Below, piece after piece: positions 1-14,500 of a stretch of DNA of 64,000 nucleotides (positions are counted from its first letter, which is position 1; the number at the start of each line of letters is the position of its first letter). Under the pieces are notes generated by a model. It was given only the letters and a program-made list of their open reading frames with translations. It ran no database searches and was not told where the DNA came from. The stretch lies in the NCBI GenBank assembly GCA_965655095.1, contig OZ296648.1, positions 102,238,001 through 102,302,000 of the forward strand, written 5' to 3'. This stretch comes from Haplodiscus bocki. Its lineage: Eukaryota. The translations under genes and the position numbers were made by a program.

Positions 1-219
1 TAGGACATACGCCTGATCTAGGTACATTTGATGCGGTGAAACAAGAGATAATTTCAATTTCCAATGCCATTCGGAACCAAGGCAGAGGAATCAAAGTGTC
101 GCAGGAAAAAAACCAACCAAAAATGTGTTCTTTTTGGCTTGGGGATTGATAGCGTCATCAAATTCGCTTCATTGGAGTGGGTACTCATGGCGAAGATAAC
201 GGGTGAGGATTTGCTTTTC

Positions 220-2950
220 TGATCTTATTTTAGAAAACTGTATATTGATATTAGCCTCAAGGATTCCCTACCTCTGCTTATGGTGGACTACAGCCTATCA
301 ATGTTAGGCAAAGCAAATTGCTTCAGCAGCTTAGAATTAGCTTCAGCATTCAGGCAAAGTCCGTTGAAGAAAGAAGATTTAACAAAAACAACGTTTACAA
401 GCCAGATAAGTCTAAATGAGAGAAAAACGACGCCTAAAAGTTGCTGTATTGCCACGGCCTCGTTTATAGAAGCAATGAAAAATATCTTATCGTTTGTTGA
501 ACAGAAGACAGGCAGTCTGATTTCGTACCATATTGACAAAATCATCATCAACAATCGAAATGTCGAGAATCATCTGGTTTAACTGAGAGAAGTGTTCAAT
601 TGTCTTGAACCAGCAGGCCTCAAGTGGAAATCAGCTAACTCCAACTTCTTGAAAACAGAAGCACAGATACTTGGCAGGAAGTATCCCCAGAGACGGTTTG
701 ATGCCAAACAACAAGGCTGCAAAGAACCTCCAGTACCAGAGAGCTCCGATGAAAACAGATCAATGATCAACTTGTTAGTTGTTTTAGTTTCGCGCTGCAC
801 TTCAACAATTTCGTCCATGGTGTTTTCGTCAGAACTTATGCAAACTTCCAATGGTCTCACGCAACGCACCGTCATTTAAACAGATGAAACATGATTTGTC
901 TAACGCCGTATCCTTAGCCAAGTCAATGTGGAAACGACTCTTCGTTCAAGACACAGACTCCAGTTGCGTTGCATTATCCGGAATCTTACGTCAAGAACAA
1001 AAGGGAACGGTATGAAAGTGTCATTTCCTTTTTTTGATTAAAAAGCCGTTCATCCTGGGCAGATGAAAAATTGAGCGTCCAAATTGAAAATGTTGGCAGT
1101 CGTTACACTCATATTGATAAGACCATCGTATTTGGACCCTCAAAATTCCACTTTGAGGTTATACAGTCAAGCCTTGTCCCGGCTGAATATACCTTTTTTT
1201 CATGAGAGTAAACGGATGCTGGATCTGGGTCGTGCTGATGGTCCAATTTGACATGGTAATCAACCTCAGACCATGCATCAAGTTTTGGCATGCGTATGGA
1301 GTTAAGTAAATGTTGAATCACTGCAACAGAGCAGCAACTGAGACAATAAATTGGACCAAAAAATATTTGCGTTGCAATTTCTTTCCCACGAATAGTCTGA
1401 TTTGTTGTCCCTGTGCTTGGCATATTCGAAAAAGGCAACAAGAGGTAAAGTCGTTCCATGAAATCACAAGGAGAGACAGACTCAGTGAAAATTTGACAAT
1501 CTGTAATCTCAGTTGCCTCAAAATGAATCACGTAGGAGAAACGCAGGTCCATGGAGGTCGTCACCTAACCAAAAAAAGACCATAATCACTCAGGACATTT
1601 GGAAGAAAACTTCAACGGAACATTTGTGCTTGGTAGAAGAACATGCACTGAGGCCAGGTTTTAGAGTTGATGAAATGATAGTTGCAAAAATTGCACAGAA
1701 CTTTCGTGGCACTCAAGATCATACGAATGAATCAAGTTTGATGGATTAGGTACAGGTGCCATGGTAAAAGTGATACGCCGACTGACGGCAAACTTTTTGC
1801 TTGGAATTTCTCTCCTCAGTCCAGCTATACAAGTTTTAGTTCAAGAGACACCGGAGAGGGAGGAGAGACAAGGTTTATTCTTGAAAGAACGAGAGAAACG
1901 CTCAAGAAAGGGCAGAATCGTGCTTCTAACACCTGATAGGGATACTTCTTTTGTTTTTCCTCGTTTGCGATTCAAAAAAAAGTACTGTGAAATGTGCCGT
2001 GATGGAAAAGAAAAAAAAGGCAAAACAATAATTCTAGAGTACCAAGATTGGCTTGTTCTACCAGTTGAAGTGGTCAGGAAAAGAAAAGTTGTTTCCTGTG
2101 CCCGTCGAAAAAGAATTGCCAAAACGATCCTAGACGTTTTTAGCCTGAAAACATTGTCAGTAGAATTTTCTATGAGCTGCTACAGATAGATCAGCTTAAA
2201 ATTTGCAAAACAAGCTAGTTACAAGGGACTCTTAGCAATCGTTTACCACTTCATTAAATACGCAGAGACAGTGCCTTGCAAGGCCAATAAGTACACCACG
2301 AAATCCTCTGCGTTTCGGTAAATTTTGATACGTTGGTGTGCACGCCATGCTACTTAATATCTTTCCCCATGACAACGGAACTCAACTTGTGGCGGGCAAA
2401 AATAGAAAATTCTTCCAAGTTTTCAGTTTTTTCCACTGATGTCCGTAACTGAACTTTAAAACAATTGTCTCGTGGGACGCCATACCAGGGCTCTCTTGAG
2501 TTAACGCTTCACTTACTGTAGTAGACGAACGAAATATAAAAAGTTGTATTCGGAAAGAGTTTATGGAGTTCTGAACAACTCTCGTCACAACTTGACAAAA
2601 TTCTCACCCCTAAAGTTTTTTAAGGGACAAAAAAAACAGTCCCAAAAGACTCTTTTCATCCCGAAGTTATAACAAGAGAAATTCTCTCTCAAAAAATGTA
2701 GGTTGTTGATTTTCTTCAAAATTATTGAAAAGGTTTCTACTTAGCACGTGGAATACTTGCCATTCGTTTCAAAGGAGTACGGTTTGCGGAAGACGAGAAG
2801 CTTATTGTATTTTGTCCTGTCGTCTCTTTAGGAGGAACAAAAGAGCTGTTCAAAGGACGTGAAGGACCCTTTTTCCACGAATGTAATGCAAGAGGTTGAT
2901 GTTACACCTTTTACAATTGATTCAATATTCGCATAATACACCTCAAATTT
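220..2950 (+). mobile_element. Degenerate Ty3/Gypsy LTR retrotransposon pol remnant (RT-RNase H-integrase)
   Basis: RT-like 'FSSLELASAFRQSPLKKEDLTKTTFT' (cf. LDLASGYWQVP...KTAF) and 'YHIDKIII' (cf. YLDD) in ORF 280-582. RNase H-like 'FVQDTDSSCVALSGIL' at ~940. Integrase-like 'ELLQIDQLK...IVYHFIKYAETVP' at ~2175-2280 and 'HDNGTQ' at ~2370. The order RT-RH-IN is Gypsy-like. Many stops and frameshifts; boundaries approximate and LTRs not identified. Confidence 0.8.
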
Positions 2951-5900
2951 CATGAGTGAGATCCAATGATTGACTGGAAGATACATCAACAGGCTCCGGA
3001 CTGAAAGATTGTTTTCGATTATTTTGCCAATGACCCTGTTGAACTAATCGAAGGTGATACCGATGAAGTTTCATTCTCAGATGAGGAACCCCCCCCCCCC
3101 CAAGAGCTTCAACCAACAGAAAATCATGACCCAAACTTAAAAAATGGTCCCAGCAGCAAGTCCAGCCTCCCGAGTTGACCGGACAGTAAGAGAAGCATCT
3201 CTTTGCCGATACATGGAAATTTACAACTATTCGGATCCGTCTAGTGATCGATTCGATGACTATCGTTTGTAGCCGCTGGTCAAGGAACCTGATAAGGAAC
3301 CTGAAGCATGAGAACTCATTGAATGCTAGGTTACTAAAGAACACCCGAAATTGCCAGGACATCTTACTACACTGTGGAAAATGAAAATAGATCGTTTTAA
3401 CGTTTTGTCGGCAAAACTTTATAACGAACTGATATGCCACACGGAATTTGTGATGCCTGCTCAGCTGACATCTCAACGGGTCCCAAAAACGTTCCAGAAC
3501 CACGGCATTTTACACCTGCCAACACCCTTCATACCGCCAAAAATTTGGTTGCTCGAGAGCCCGTTTCAAAAAAATGTACAATACTCGATCGATTAGGTTA
3601 CGTAGGTGAACTATTTTCCTTGAGGTAATTCCACACATTGTTCGACTGCTCCCCCATTCATTGAAAAACATTGTGTCTACCGTTTTGACTTCCTGGAGTA
3701 GTGGGATTTGATTTTTTTTCGATTTGATGATGAAAAAATGAAAGGCACACGTCAACGTACCTAAGACATCCCAAACACAAGAACATACAGACACCCCTTA
3801 CCAACCTCCACGTGGTACCCACATACAGAAGAAGGTCAGCAATAAACCGAGTATACCATGAACCAAAGAAGAGCTCTAAAAAGAAACTCCCTGCCTACAT
3901 CATGCATACCGCCAAATTGATTGTATTGCAGGAGACTCCGAATAAAATCTCGGCAGAGGGGTGCTACTTCCCCCATTGAACTGAGGGGGCCAAACCAGGA
4001 GATACAGGCAACTGACCGCGACCGAGAAGGCGGCCGGAACCTAAGGAAAAGCAGCCAATAAAACTAGGTGCCTTTTCACTTTAGCTGATCTTCCAAAATG
4101 TGGACCAACGAAAAAATATTTAATTGAATCAGTGTTGCAGCGCATGTGAGATAACGGAACCAAATAAACGGCAGGCGAAAGAATTAAGGAAGTTAGTCAA
4201 AAAAGTTTTGGCTCAGATCACGTCTGAGAAACCTTTTTTAAAAAAAACGGACACCAACGATATGTCTGAGCCAAATTATGAATGGAATGCTGTCGTCTCC
4301 GTTGTAGCATTTAATCAAAAATAACTCCTGGACAAAGATGAGGTGGCAGGAGTCAGAGATGAAGCAATATACTTGGCCGCAAACATCTGGTTCATGACTA
4401 CTGAGCCATCCAGTGAAGGGTTAATCCAGCCGAAAAACCGATTCATTTCATTCGAAAGCGTGAAAACCAAGATTCTCCGGTTCAAATCTTTGCAATCCTA
4501 GTCTTTGTGATTTAACTTGGAGCAACTGGCCAGATGAACGACTCTTCTTGGGACGTGAAAAAGTCAGCCAATTCTAAAATGATAAATATCGATCCTCCTA
4601 ATGTCGGAAATTGTCCAGATTCCAGGAAGACAAAAGCAACCAGACCACGTGTCCTTCATCTGGTAGGAGAATACTGACATCCTGCAAGTACGATGAAGTA
4701 TCACCGTAGCCACACCAACAGCTCTGTTTTCTACCTCCGGGTTTATGAAAAACCTTGGTTGGGGAACTTGTCTCAGACGAAATCGTTCAAAATAGACCTA
4801 CGATCGGAAAAGACAATCGATTTTGAGGAGAAGGCGCAAAAGATATCTCAAGCCATGTTTTTCAACGTTCGAGACCGTCAACTGTAGAAAAAAGTTATTC
4901 AGTGAGACATTGTGGATGTGCCACGATGACGTGCAGAGCCAATTGATGGCCAAGAAATTCGACGGAGTGTCTTTTCCGCTTTTGAACTTTGAACGATGGT
5001 GCAGCTACCTCCCTAGTTAGTATCAGCATCTTGCGGACCATATGAAAAATGCTTGAGTCTAAATAGTGTTTCAAGATCGTAATAATCTGAGCTTTGCATT
5101 GATTGGATGGAAGACTGAAAACAGAAGAAATTATCAAAAAAACCACTACAGTGGAAATCAAAGACTAGACAGCGATCCCGTAACTAAAACATACCCCTCA
5201 AAAAAACAATCCTTTCAAGAGGTATAATATCTTGCACTGAAACACTCTCGTCAACAGAAACGATTCCATCAAGAGAATGGAAACGCTTCAAAGCAGAAAA
5301 ACAGTCTCACGAACAGAATAAAGTTCGACGCCTTCCTTACCCTGCACGCAACGTATGGTTCAATGTTGACCAAGTTTTCTTTACTCCTCGAGTCAAAGCA
5401 ACACAAACGCATTAGATTCTTTGATTCTATATGATTTGTTTGCGAAAAGCTTGTCTGTACAAAACTTTGTGTCGTGGTAGTCTGACGACTTGACGTTTTT
5501 TTGCCTGTCTGAAGCTGCATTCAAGCTTGTCAACCATCAAGGAGGAAGAAGGCGAGGCTCTCAGCAAGAAGGCAAAAAAGAACATACAAGAACAGTCCGT
5601 GAAACCATCCACTAACGGTACAGAATATAGTGTTACTATTTTCCTGTCAAATAAACACTCTAAAGCTGAAATACGGACGTTGTCTGAAGAAATCAAAACG
5701 AAGTTGATTGAAAAAGAAAGCTGGGACAAATTTAAAAGCAATCCCGGCCGTACTTAAACACTTATACACCAGAAGACAACTAGTAAACCATTCATTTCAG
5801 TACATAACTAGCCAAGCTGCGAAAAACTTCGTCATGATTTGAAACCCTTCTAAAGTAAACTGGAGGGGACACGCAAGAGCTACGACTGCCACTGAGCATG

Positions 5901-6699
5901 ATCTTAACCAAGGAGTGGTCGACAAGGACCAGCATTGTCAGTTCCAAATGATGACAGCCCCTACTAGTCGCCGCAAATCCGAGGATACAGGAAATAGAAT
6001 GCAGCCGTACCTAAAAATTACGGATTATACCTTTATGGGAACCTGCGATTTCCCCGAAAAATTGGAAGAAGAAGCTTTTCCCCAGACACCACCAATTGCA
6101 ACTTCCAGCAGTAACAAACGAGGACGACCGTCTGAACATCCAGATGACCCACCCTTGCTTGTGAGCTGGGAAACTGTTTGGGAGCCAAAAGTCAATTCAT
6201 GGTCTCAGGCTTTTCTCTAGAACTGAATATCCCCTGAGGTTACCGGCTTTCCAATGCAAGACATTCTTGGAACAGCCCCTGTAACTCCCATGGCCGCCTA
6301 TTTTTTGTCCAAAAAGTTTTTGAGGCTACACAGCCATAGTCTATTGTCAAATTGTGGGAGACCCCTGAACCGTTGTTCATACACCACATACAGTTAATCA
6401 CAACGGCTCGTGCGATGTAGTAATACTGAGAGACTTCCTTGTCTCTCATCGAGCGGGTTGTTAAAGGTCGACGCAGGTCAAGGGATGATGAATTCGAAAA
6501 CTGAATGTTTTTTTTGTTGTTTTATGAAAACACTACTTGCCAATTTCTATCACCCTGAATTGATCATTTTTCAACAAAAGAAGCCAGTTAAGATTTGATC
6601 AACAACCTACTGTAATTGTTGTCAAACTTTTCCAATTGCCTTGTGCTGTTTAAGAAAACAACTTCGGATAAATCGTTGGGTTCCTGGAGAAGTGCTACA

Positions 6700-9600
6700 A
6701 ACTGGAGCTTTTTACGGTCATCGCCATGGTTAGACCTGCCAAGGTTGCGCCAGTGTCCGCCATTGATGAAAATTGCAAAAAAACAACGGACGCAGATCAT
6801 GCAAAAATGGTGATGAGATTTGTGAAGAATGGATTCAATGTGATCTATGCATCAACTGGTATCACATAGTTTGATCTGGGTTACCTCAGCCACTTTTTTT
6901 CCAAATGTCGGAACTAACAGCTAAGTATTTTGTAAATGTAAATCTTGAACTGAGATATTAAATGAAACTAAAACCCAACAAAAAGAATCAAGATAATGTT
7001 GAATAGTTTTTGTTTTGTACTGTGAAAACGGCCTTGGATGAATGAAAATATACTGATCAATCAAAAACCGTGTTGGATCGAACACATACGTGAAGCCAAA
7101 TTAATGGAACCAAATCGGGATCACCCCTTTAAAAAAGGTCCTGAGTTGAAAGATTTTACTACTTCTAAATATCACGATGCTGTTGACAATGCTACCACAA
7201 TATTTGAAACTGAAAACATATTTTCGTCTAAATAGGTCGCAGTCGATGTTTTTCACGGCGTCAAAGCTGAAAAAATTACCAAGCTGGAGAAAAAACGTGA
7301 GGTAGGAACAGGATAGTTGTAGAAGACAATCATAGAAAGTGTTTCGAGGCCTGCTCCGAAAAAACAACTGCTTGCTCAAAAAATCTTGAGATTGTGGTGA
7401 AGTTGCCGTTGTCGTTTTTGTGTTAATAACGCCATGGACCTCCTGCACAGCCAGAATTTTTCAATTGTTGACTGCAATTGGATCTTTTATCTGTGTATTT
7501 TCAATGAAAAGATAATCAAGACTGAGGATTTTGCGCCTTGGCCTAAGAACGACAATTTTGGCAAAACTTGGCCAAATAGAAAAGCACATGAGTGGCTGAA
7601 AACTCTACCTTGTTTCCTTGGTTGAAAAACAAATTCTTCTCATAGAACGTTCTCCTTGTACCTTGAAATAATTGTGGGAAAAAAACGTTTGGAAAATCAA
7701 TCTGCAGTATTTTCAACAGAGTCTAATCTCGTAATCATAAGAGAAACTTCGCTGAAGTATGCCTATGATAATCTTATCTCTGATCAATATGTCTCTGCAA
7801 TGTTTTCGTTTGTTTCAATACTTCGAAGCTCTCCCAATGGTGGGTGAATTTAGCTGACGCTGAAGCCGAATTTGATACCTAGAATCTTGACATCTGACTA
7901 TAAAACTGAATGTTAATTTATTTTGTGTTCTGTCCACTTGCTAATTCTCGATTTTAAGGTTTTCATTTACTACAGGCCATCTGCTGGCCCTTTAATAAAC
8001 GTTTTGACATGGCTGAGAACTTACATGATTCTTTTTTTTCTGAAAAGCTTTAAAATTATGGTGATCTGAAATATATATCACTGAAACTAGTAGGAATGAA
8101 TGATTTTTTTCAACCTGCTGTCCGAGTTTGGATTACATCAGTCTTTTGCCCTTGCCACTTTGAAAAGTTAAATTTTTCGACCTATTTATAGCAGCGGAGT
8201 GTCTGGATATTTCTGCAGTGGATATCCTCGTTTTTGATCTTAAATCGACAAATTTCATTTTGTCTGTTGTAACCACGGTTGTTCGCCCGAAACATATCGT
8301 ATCCCAGAAAAACTAAAAGATTTAATTTTTGTTCTTTCCAGTAAAAAGTGTACGTTACTTTTTGAAAGTTGTGTTATGGGTAAGCCCACTGCGAAGTTAT
8401 TTGAAACATTCGATGTTTTTGATGGTGAAATGGCCCTTTCCAAAGAAAGACGTATAAACTAACCAAACTGTTGCTTTCGCTATTCCGATTTGTGGGCCTC
8501 TGAAAGAAAAGACGCCGAACTGAAGGACACTTTCAAAAAATTTGGTCGAACTTTGACCGGCTGAGATCTCACCATGGAATAAAGAAAATTGTCTTCCTCT
8601 GTAATTGAAAGCGACACAATTTTGTCAAGCATTTATTTTTCAAGCAGGCACGATCAACACAAACATCTCACTAATCGAATTTCTTCTTGGTTCTGGCAGG
8701 AAACCAAGTTTACTTTCTGTATTTCAAAGATTTGAACTAGCTAAAATTTTCAATGATTATTTCATTTCCAAAACTGATGAGTTTTATTCCAACATCCCCG
8801 CGAATGATGCTAAGGTTGAACTCCAACAATACCTTTCCTCCTTAAACTTTATTGGAAAGTTTGACGTGGAAGACTTGTTTTGTCCATGTCACCCACTGCG
8901 TTGCAGTCTTGCCAAGTTTTGATCTCGCCTGTTTTGTTGAGTTATCATTTCTTCCTTAGAAAAATTCTGATATTAATATTCAAATTTTCCAGAATTGGTT
9001 CTTTTCCGGACGAACTCAAACATAGTGTGGCTTTACCAATCGTCAAAGTTGGTGATTTTGAAGATATTACCTAATTGCACCGTTTACTAACTCTCATTTT
9101 GCTTCAAAATTTTTTGAAAAGATATTGTTTTATAGCTTCAGTCACTTTTCGAGGTATATTCTGTCATGGATCAAAATCAATCTGCCTAAGAAAGCCTCCA
9201 CAGAACTGCAACAGCTTCGTTAGACATAATTTCTAAAATGCTTTGCGTCCTGAATGAGAAACTCACTTTTCTGCCTAAGTTCTTTGATTTATCTTCTGTT
9301 ATCGACAGAATTGATCTTAACGTTTCGCTGACCATCTAATTCACCTTTTGATTAGAAGACAGAAGTCTTACTTTTTAATTTTCTTGCTTGAGAGGCTGGA
9401 CACAATGCGTAGTGAGTAATGGTTTTTTGACAGAAAACCAGTTTTCAGAAGTGTACTTGAACCGTCGAGATCGGGGCAACTTTTACATCTTTCAAACCTT
9501 TTGCCTCTCCGTAGCTTCATGGATTATCAATTCTATGAAGAGAATATCTCATTGTTTCTGAGATTTGACTTTAATGCTACTTTAATTCATAATATTATCT

Positions 9601-10370
9601 TATCTTCCCTGAAACCTAAAGTGATTAGTTCCAAAACGCAGTATTTGTTTTTGAACAAACTGAGAGTCTCTGTACCTAAAAGTTTTGTCAGGAATTGGTA
9701 AATGTTTACGCTGAAAAATAAAAATATATTGGTAGGCACTGTAATTGACAGAAAAATGAGTTTTTGCCACTTATGAACGTAGTCTACGCTAGCTCTTATT
9801 ACCATTTGAGATGCATTCGTTCCGTTGAAAACTATCAGTCTCTTGAATTTGCAAAGTTAATATTTTTGACAAACGTGGCTTGCAAGCATGAACATTATAC
9901 CTAAACATTTCTAGATTTACTTGAAGAAAACATGATAAAAAGCTACATTCAGGTCAAACTTAAGCTGCTAAATTGATTATTCTATTGATTTTCCACTTTG
10001 ACTACTTTCATGCTTGGTGAATTAAATAGGCTAGCTTTTCGAGTAGGAATCACTTATGACCTTACAGTTTTCATGTCTAGTATTTCTTCCAGCTGCATGT
10101 GCCATCCTTCTGGTAAAATACCTTTTTCACTGAGGGACAGTTGTTGCAGTACATCATCGGACAAACACGTGAGCTGAAGATCTCTGGAAAACCTACTAAC
10201 ATTCTTTTTTGGTGAACGATGCTTCTGAGTGTCGTGTGCTAATCTCTGCAAATCTCTTCTTGACGATCTACGATGCAGTGTATCACTTGATATCTTCAAG
10301 TCTGAATTGAAAACATACCTCTTCAACCTTTCAACGCTTCGGGTTTGGAAAAAGCGACTACTTCACTCTC
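6700..10370 (+). mobile_element. Degenerate CR1/L2-type non-LTR retrotransposon (PHD-like ORF1 remnant, APE/RT ORF2 remnant)
   Basis: PHD-like 'EWIQCDLCINWYHIV*SG' at ~6826-6880. RT-upstream motif 'GSFPDELKHSVALPIVKVGD' at ~9000. 'FFDLSSVIDRID' (cf. FLDLSKAFDTIDH) at ~9280. L2/CR1-like C-terminus 'SLLDDLRCSVSLDIFKSELKTYLF' at ~10250-10325. Heavily mutated; linkage of the PHD part to the RT part is inferred. Confidence 0.65.
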
Positions 10371-11299
10371 AACTTTCTATTTCAGACGTCATTAGAAAAA
10401 CCTATAAAATCACCATGTGAAAGCTAACTGAAGGAAAACTGAGGTACCTATGTTTCCCTAAAATTACATTTTATCATATCTTTATGGAGCCACGATTGTT
10501 ATAAGCTCTCTAGGATTCCATCGCAAAATTGTATACATTGAAAATTTTCTTTTCACTTCTCTTGCTTTGTTTTGAAGAAACTTTGTATTGTTTATAAGTT
10601 CCTATATGCTGTCTAGGAGGTATTGCTAAGAGAATATCGGTGTCTACATCCATCGAGCGCCAATAACTAGAACTTGTCCGTGAAAATGACAAGTTGTTGC
10701 TGCTGTTTTTCAGGTGCAGTCAATTTGAGTCATCTATCCCACACATTTGCTTAGAACATCCCCAAATTATCCCCGCATCCTTGATTTTTGCAAGACAGCT
10801 GTCAAGAACACAAATTGTGGGGTAATTACATCTCCTTCAGGAACTTCCATATGAAATTGAGGACTCGGTATTTTTAGCCTCGAGATGTCTGTTAGTCAAA
10901 ATCAGAATTTGTTATGTTGACATTCTCGCATATGCGATGAATAAACTCGCAATAGTTCTTCCTGTTTTTTTCCTTTAGCAACATGAATTCAGTTTTCTTG
11001 TTTGTAGAGAATCCGGTTGCTCAATGTTGTGATGTTATTATTTTTGATACCACTCAGGAAGACAAACAATGTCGTTCAATTGCACAAAGAGAGGAAGGGA
11101 ATGGATGTTTAGTAGCAACAGGTGTTCGTTGTCCTTTTCATTTTTGCCTGGAGTGCCAGAAACCCGTTTTAAGGAAGTCTCTTTGAAAAATTCAAGATGT
11201 GGAACGCACCATTGTGTGAGGTGCGCATACGTCAGTCCATAACTGACAATTAGCAGGATTATGGACAAGTACAAACATAGTCTCACAACTGTTTCCACA

Positions 11300-14200
11300 T
11301 AATAGGCAACGTTGCGTGGTGAGGATTCTAATAATTTGTCAGTTTTGAACAGGGGTCCTTTGGTGTGGCTAGACCATGATAGATTGACACTGATGGGAAG
11401 ATTTAGATCTTATAACCTTGTGAGTGTTTTGAGCGGCTGTCGATCAAGAGTTTTCGTTCCGATTTCGTTTTGAAAAAAAACTGTGCGCATTTGTCAGAGA
11501 CTAGGTCCATTTTGCTGCTGGTGACCCAATTTCGACATTTGATTTGTCATACTGGAACGTCGAGGTTGAGCTAACTTCTAAAGAATTTTGAAATCACAGG
11601 CAAATATAAATGGTTGACTGAATTTTTGGATTTCTGGTATGTTTTTGATACGAATAGATAAAAAAAGTGGCCCCAGCAAAGATCCTTGTGGCACACCAAA
11701 TGACACTGGCAACCTTTCTAAGCACTCATTTTCCAATCAAACAAATTGCTTGCGTACTTCCCAAGTATCCGAAGAGAATGTCGGTGAAATCGGCGGCCAC
11801 TCCGATTTTGTTAAGTTTTTGTAGAAGCAGTCTATGTGATACACGGTCAACAGGTTTTGAGAAAGTTGCATAAAATGGTACCAATGACTCGTTCGAGTTG
11901 ATATCCAGTGCTCTGTGGAAAACCTGAAAAAGTGGAGCATGGTGCTGAGTACATATCGTTTCCTGATGAAACTGTGTTGATTTTTGTCATTTGTCATGTG
12001 GATTGTCAAAAGTTAATACAGTGGGTCTTAAACTCACCTTTCAAAACAACTGCTATCAATATTCAGAAGTGATAACCGCCGATAGTTAGTCATGTTTTTC
12101 TATCCTTCTTTCTGTGTAAAGCTGTAACAACAACTCTTTTCTGTATTCTAGGAAGTTTCATCGTTCTCTTTAATGCCTCGAAAAGTACGTTAGGATTATC
12201 AAAACTTTTGTTTAGCGTTATATAAAGGAAGCCAAGCGGGTTTCCATTAGGGCGTTCGCTCTTGGTGAAACCAATAAATTTGATATTTTTGTGAATTTTT
12301 GTGCTGGGAATATTGAAAATCGTCGGCTGAGCGTGTTTGTTTACTTTGACGTTTTCCAAATCAGATGTGTTCTCCGAGCACAAAGCTGATTTGGAGAATC
12401 GTTTGAACGAGTTTGCTTTAATTGTAAATGTGGATCTCTAACGTTATCAGGAAACCATTTGAGTGGGAAGTTTGAGCTTTTGTTGATTTTTTTTGAGGTG
12501 TTTTTGAAAGACGTCCGAGTTTAGCGAGCCAAAAATTTTGTTCTGGTAACAATTGTTATCCTCCTGGCTCAAGCCTGTAACCTTCGTTTGAAGTTGCTTC
12601 ATTTTTGACTGCTTCTAGTTGGTTGGTTTCGTCCGGAATAACAGTTTTTCCGTTGCTGTTTTTATCATCATAGATTAGGCCAAAGTTTTTACCCAACGGT
12701 GATGTGCTTGTAGATCTGTTTATGTGACAGACTCATTTTTTCGATCAGTTTTTTGTGGTAAACCACGAGCTCGGTATAGATGTTTTCGATGTTTGGTTTG
12801 ACTTTTTTTTGTTCTATGCTTTGCAAGGTTCCGCTGCAGTCTCTTAAGCCAAGTTTTAAGCAGTTTTTGGTAAATTGTGAAGATACGGTGCGCGGGAGGT
12901 TTATAGGAGAGACGCAAAAATATTCAGAGCAATCAAAAATTCGGGCTACGTCAATCTCTTTGCTACCATATCGTGTCCAGTTCAGGAAAAAAAAGACATC
13001 AAGCAAGTTTTCAATGTTGATGATAAATTCAATGCTCGTTAGAAAAATCATTTTTCAAGCAAGTTCTGGACTTGTTATTCAGACTCGTCATTGCTGTTCC
13101 AACTGTCCCAAAAGACAGATGGGAGATTGAGATTTCCGCAAAGTGTGGCTATTTTGTTCTGATGGGTTGTTGAAAACATAAAAATAAATGATAGATCATG
13201 CCATGATTGCCTTGCACGTTAAATTTCCATCGACTTCATTTTCGATTCAACGGAAGCTAAGGATGTTGTTGATTGCAATCACCACTCAAACGTCGTTATT
13301 TCTATCTTCTCATGTCTGATCATTCTTGTAGACGGTTTAGCCTTCCAAATTGAAGTCATTGTCAGCATTGTTTTCGTTCAACCATGTTCCTGTGACACAC
13401 ACTACGTTAAAATTTCGACGTGTGAATGCATTTGCTTGTTTGAAATCACGTTTATGAAGGACGAGTGTTCATATGCAGGAGGTTTAGATAGCCCAGTCTC
13501 GCTTGAAAAGACGTTTGTGTCGGAGCACCAGCCGATGAGCTCCTATTCGAAAATTATAACGTCGTTTTAGTGTCTTTGATTGATTGGAGACAAACATGTT
13601 TTCCCTTCCACTCTGCCACTTCTTTTTGTTTACTCTTTTTGTTTTTCTGCTCGTTGTCTTCCTTCTAGTTCTTCCAATTTGACAAAAACTCCGTCTTGAA
13701 ATAACTCAATCATTCCTTTTCTGTCAATTTTTTTTATGGGAATTACTTCTTCCAACAGCTATCTTCGCTTTCTCAAGCCAAAATATTCTGGTTCGCTCCT
13801 CCTTTTGGTGCTCTTTGCGTCACGCAACTGCCTTTCTTTGCTAGCTCTGATCTTTTGTGGACACTTTCAGCCAACGCTAGACATGCCTAGTTTTTCTTTG
13901 CAAGGTTGAAAGGGTACCATTAAAAATCTTGGTTTTTTCTGTCTTTTGTGTACTTTCCATTCGCTTCATTTCTACGATTTGTGTCTCGTTGCCAACAATC
14001 TGCATTACCTCCCGCACGTTCCCATTGGTTGAGACAAGATTCCTGTTTTGGTCTCCGAAAGATACTCTCGGCTCCCCTGTGCGCTTATGTTTTTCCCGAT
14101 GTTATGATTCACTTTGCTGGACTCGTTCTGCTACCTTCACGGAGGGTTCACATTACCTTTTAAACTAACAAGATTATTTACAAAACTCAAAACAATGTTT

Positions 14201-14500
14201 TCAAATGCTTTTTCCAAGGCTTCTTCGACCTTTTTGTTAAGCTTTGAGGCTAGATTTGCGTCAAGTTTGTGCAGTTTTTCGAGAAACACCGTTCAATTTT
14301 CCCGCTGCTTCGATTGCGAATGAGGGCGTTTCGGTCATTGTTATGAAGCAATGTTTTGAAGTAGCGTTTCGGTTTGTCCCAACTACTTACATCGTGGAAT
14401 TGCAGCTGCTGACAGGCCAGCGCAAGTGGTTGTTGGTGTATGTGAGTAGCACACAAAGATGGATGGGTTGATCCTTGATGACACATCCCTTGGACGTTCA
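11300..14500 (-). mobile_element. Degenerate LINE (CR1/Jockey-like APE-RT) on the minus strand
   Basis: Minus strand reads 'PVSFGVPQGSLLGPLF' (~11660-11710), 'FIFACDFKI' (cf. FADD, ~11590-11610), 'FSKPVDRVSHRLLLQKL' (cf. DFSKAFD.V.H, ~11815-11865) and APE-like 'VVCVTGTWL' (cf. ITETWL, ~13380-13405). Ends are approximate. Confidence 0.75.
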
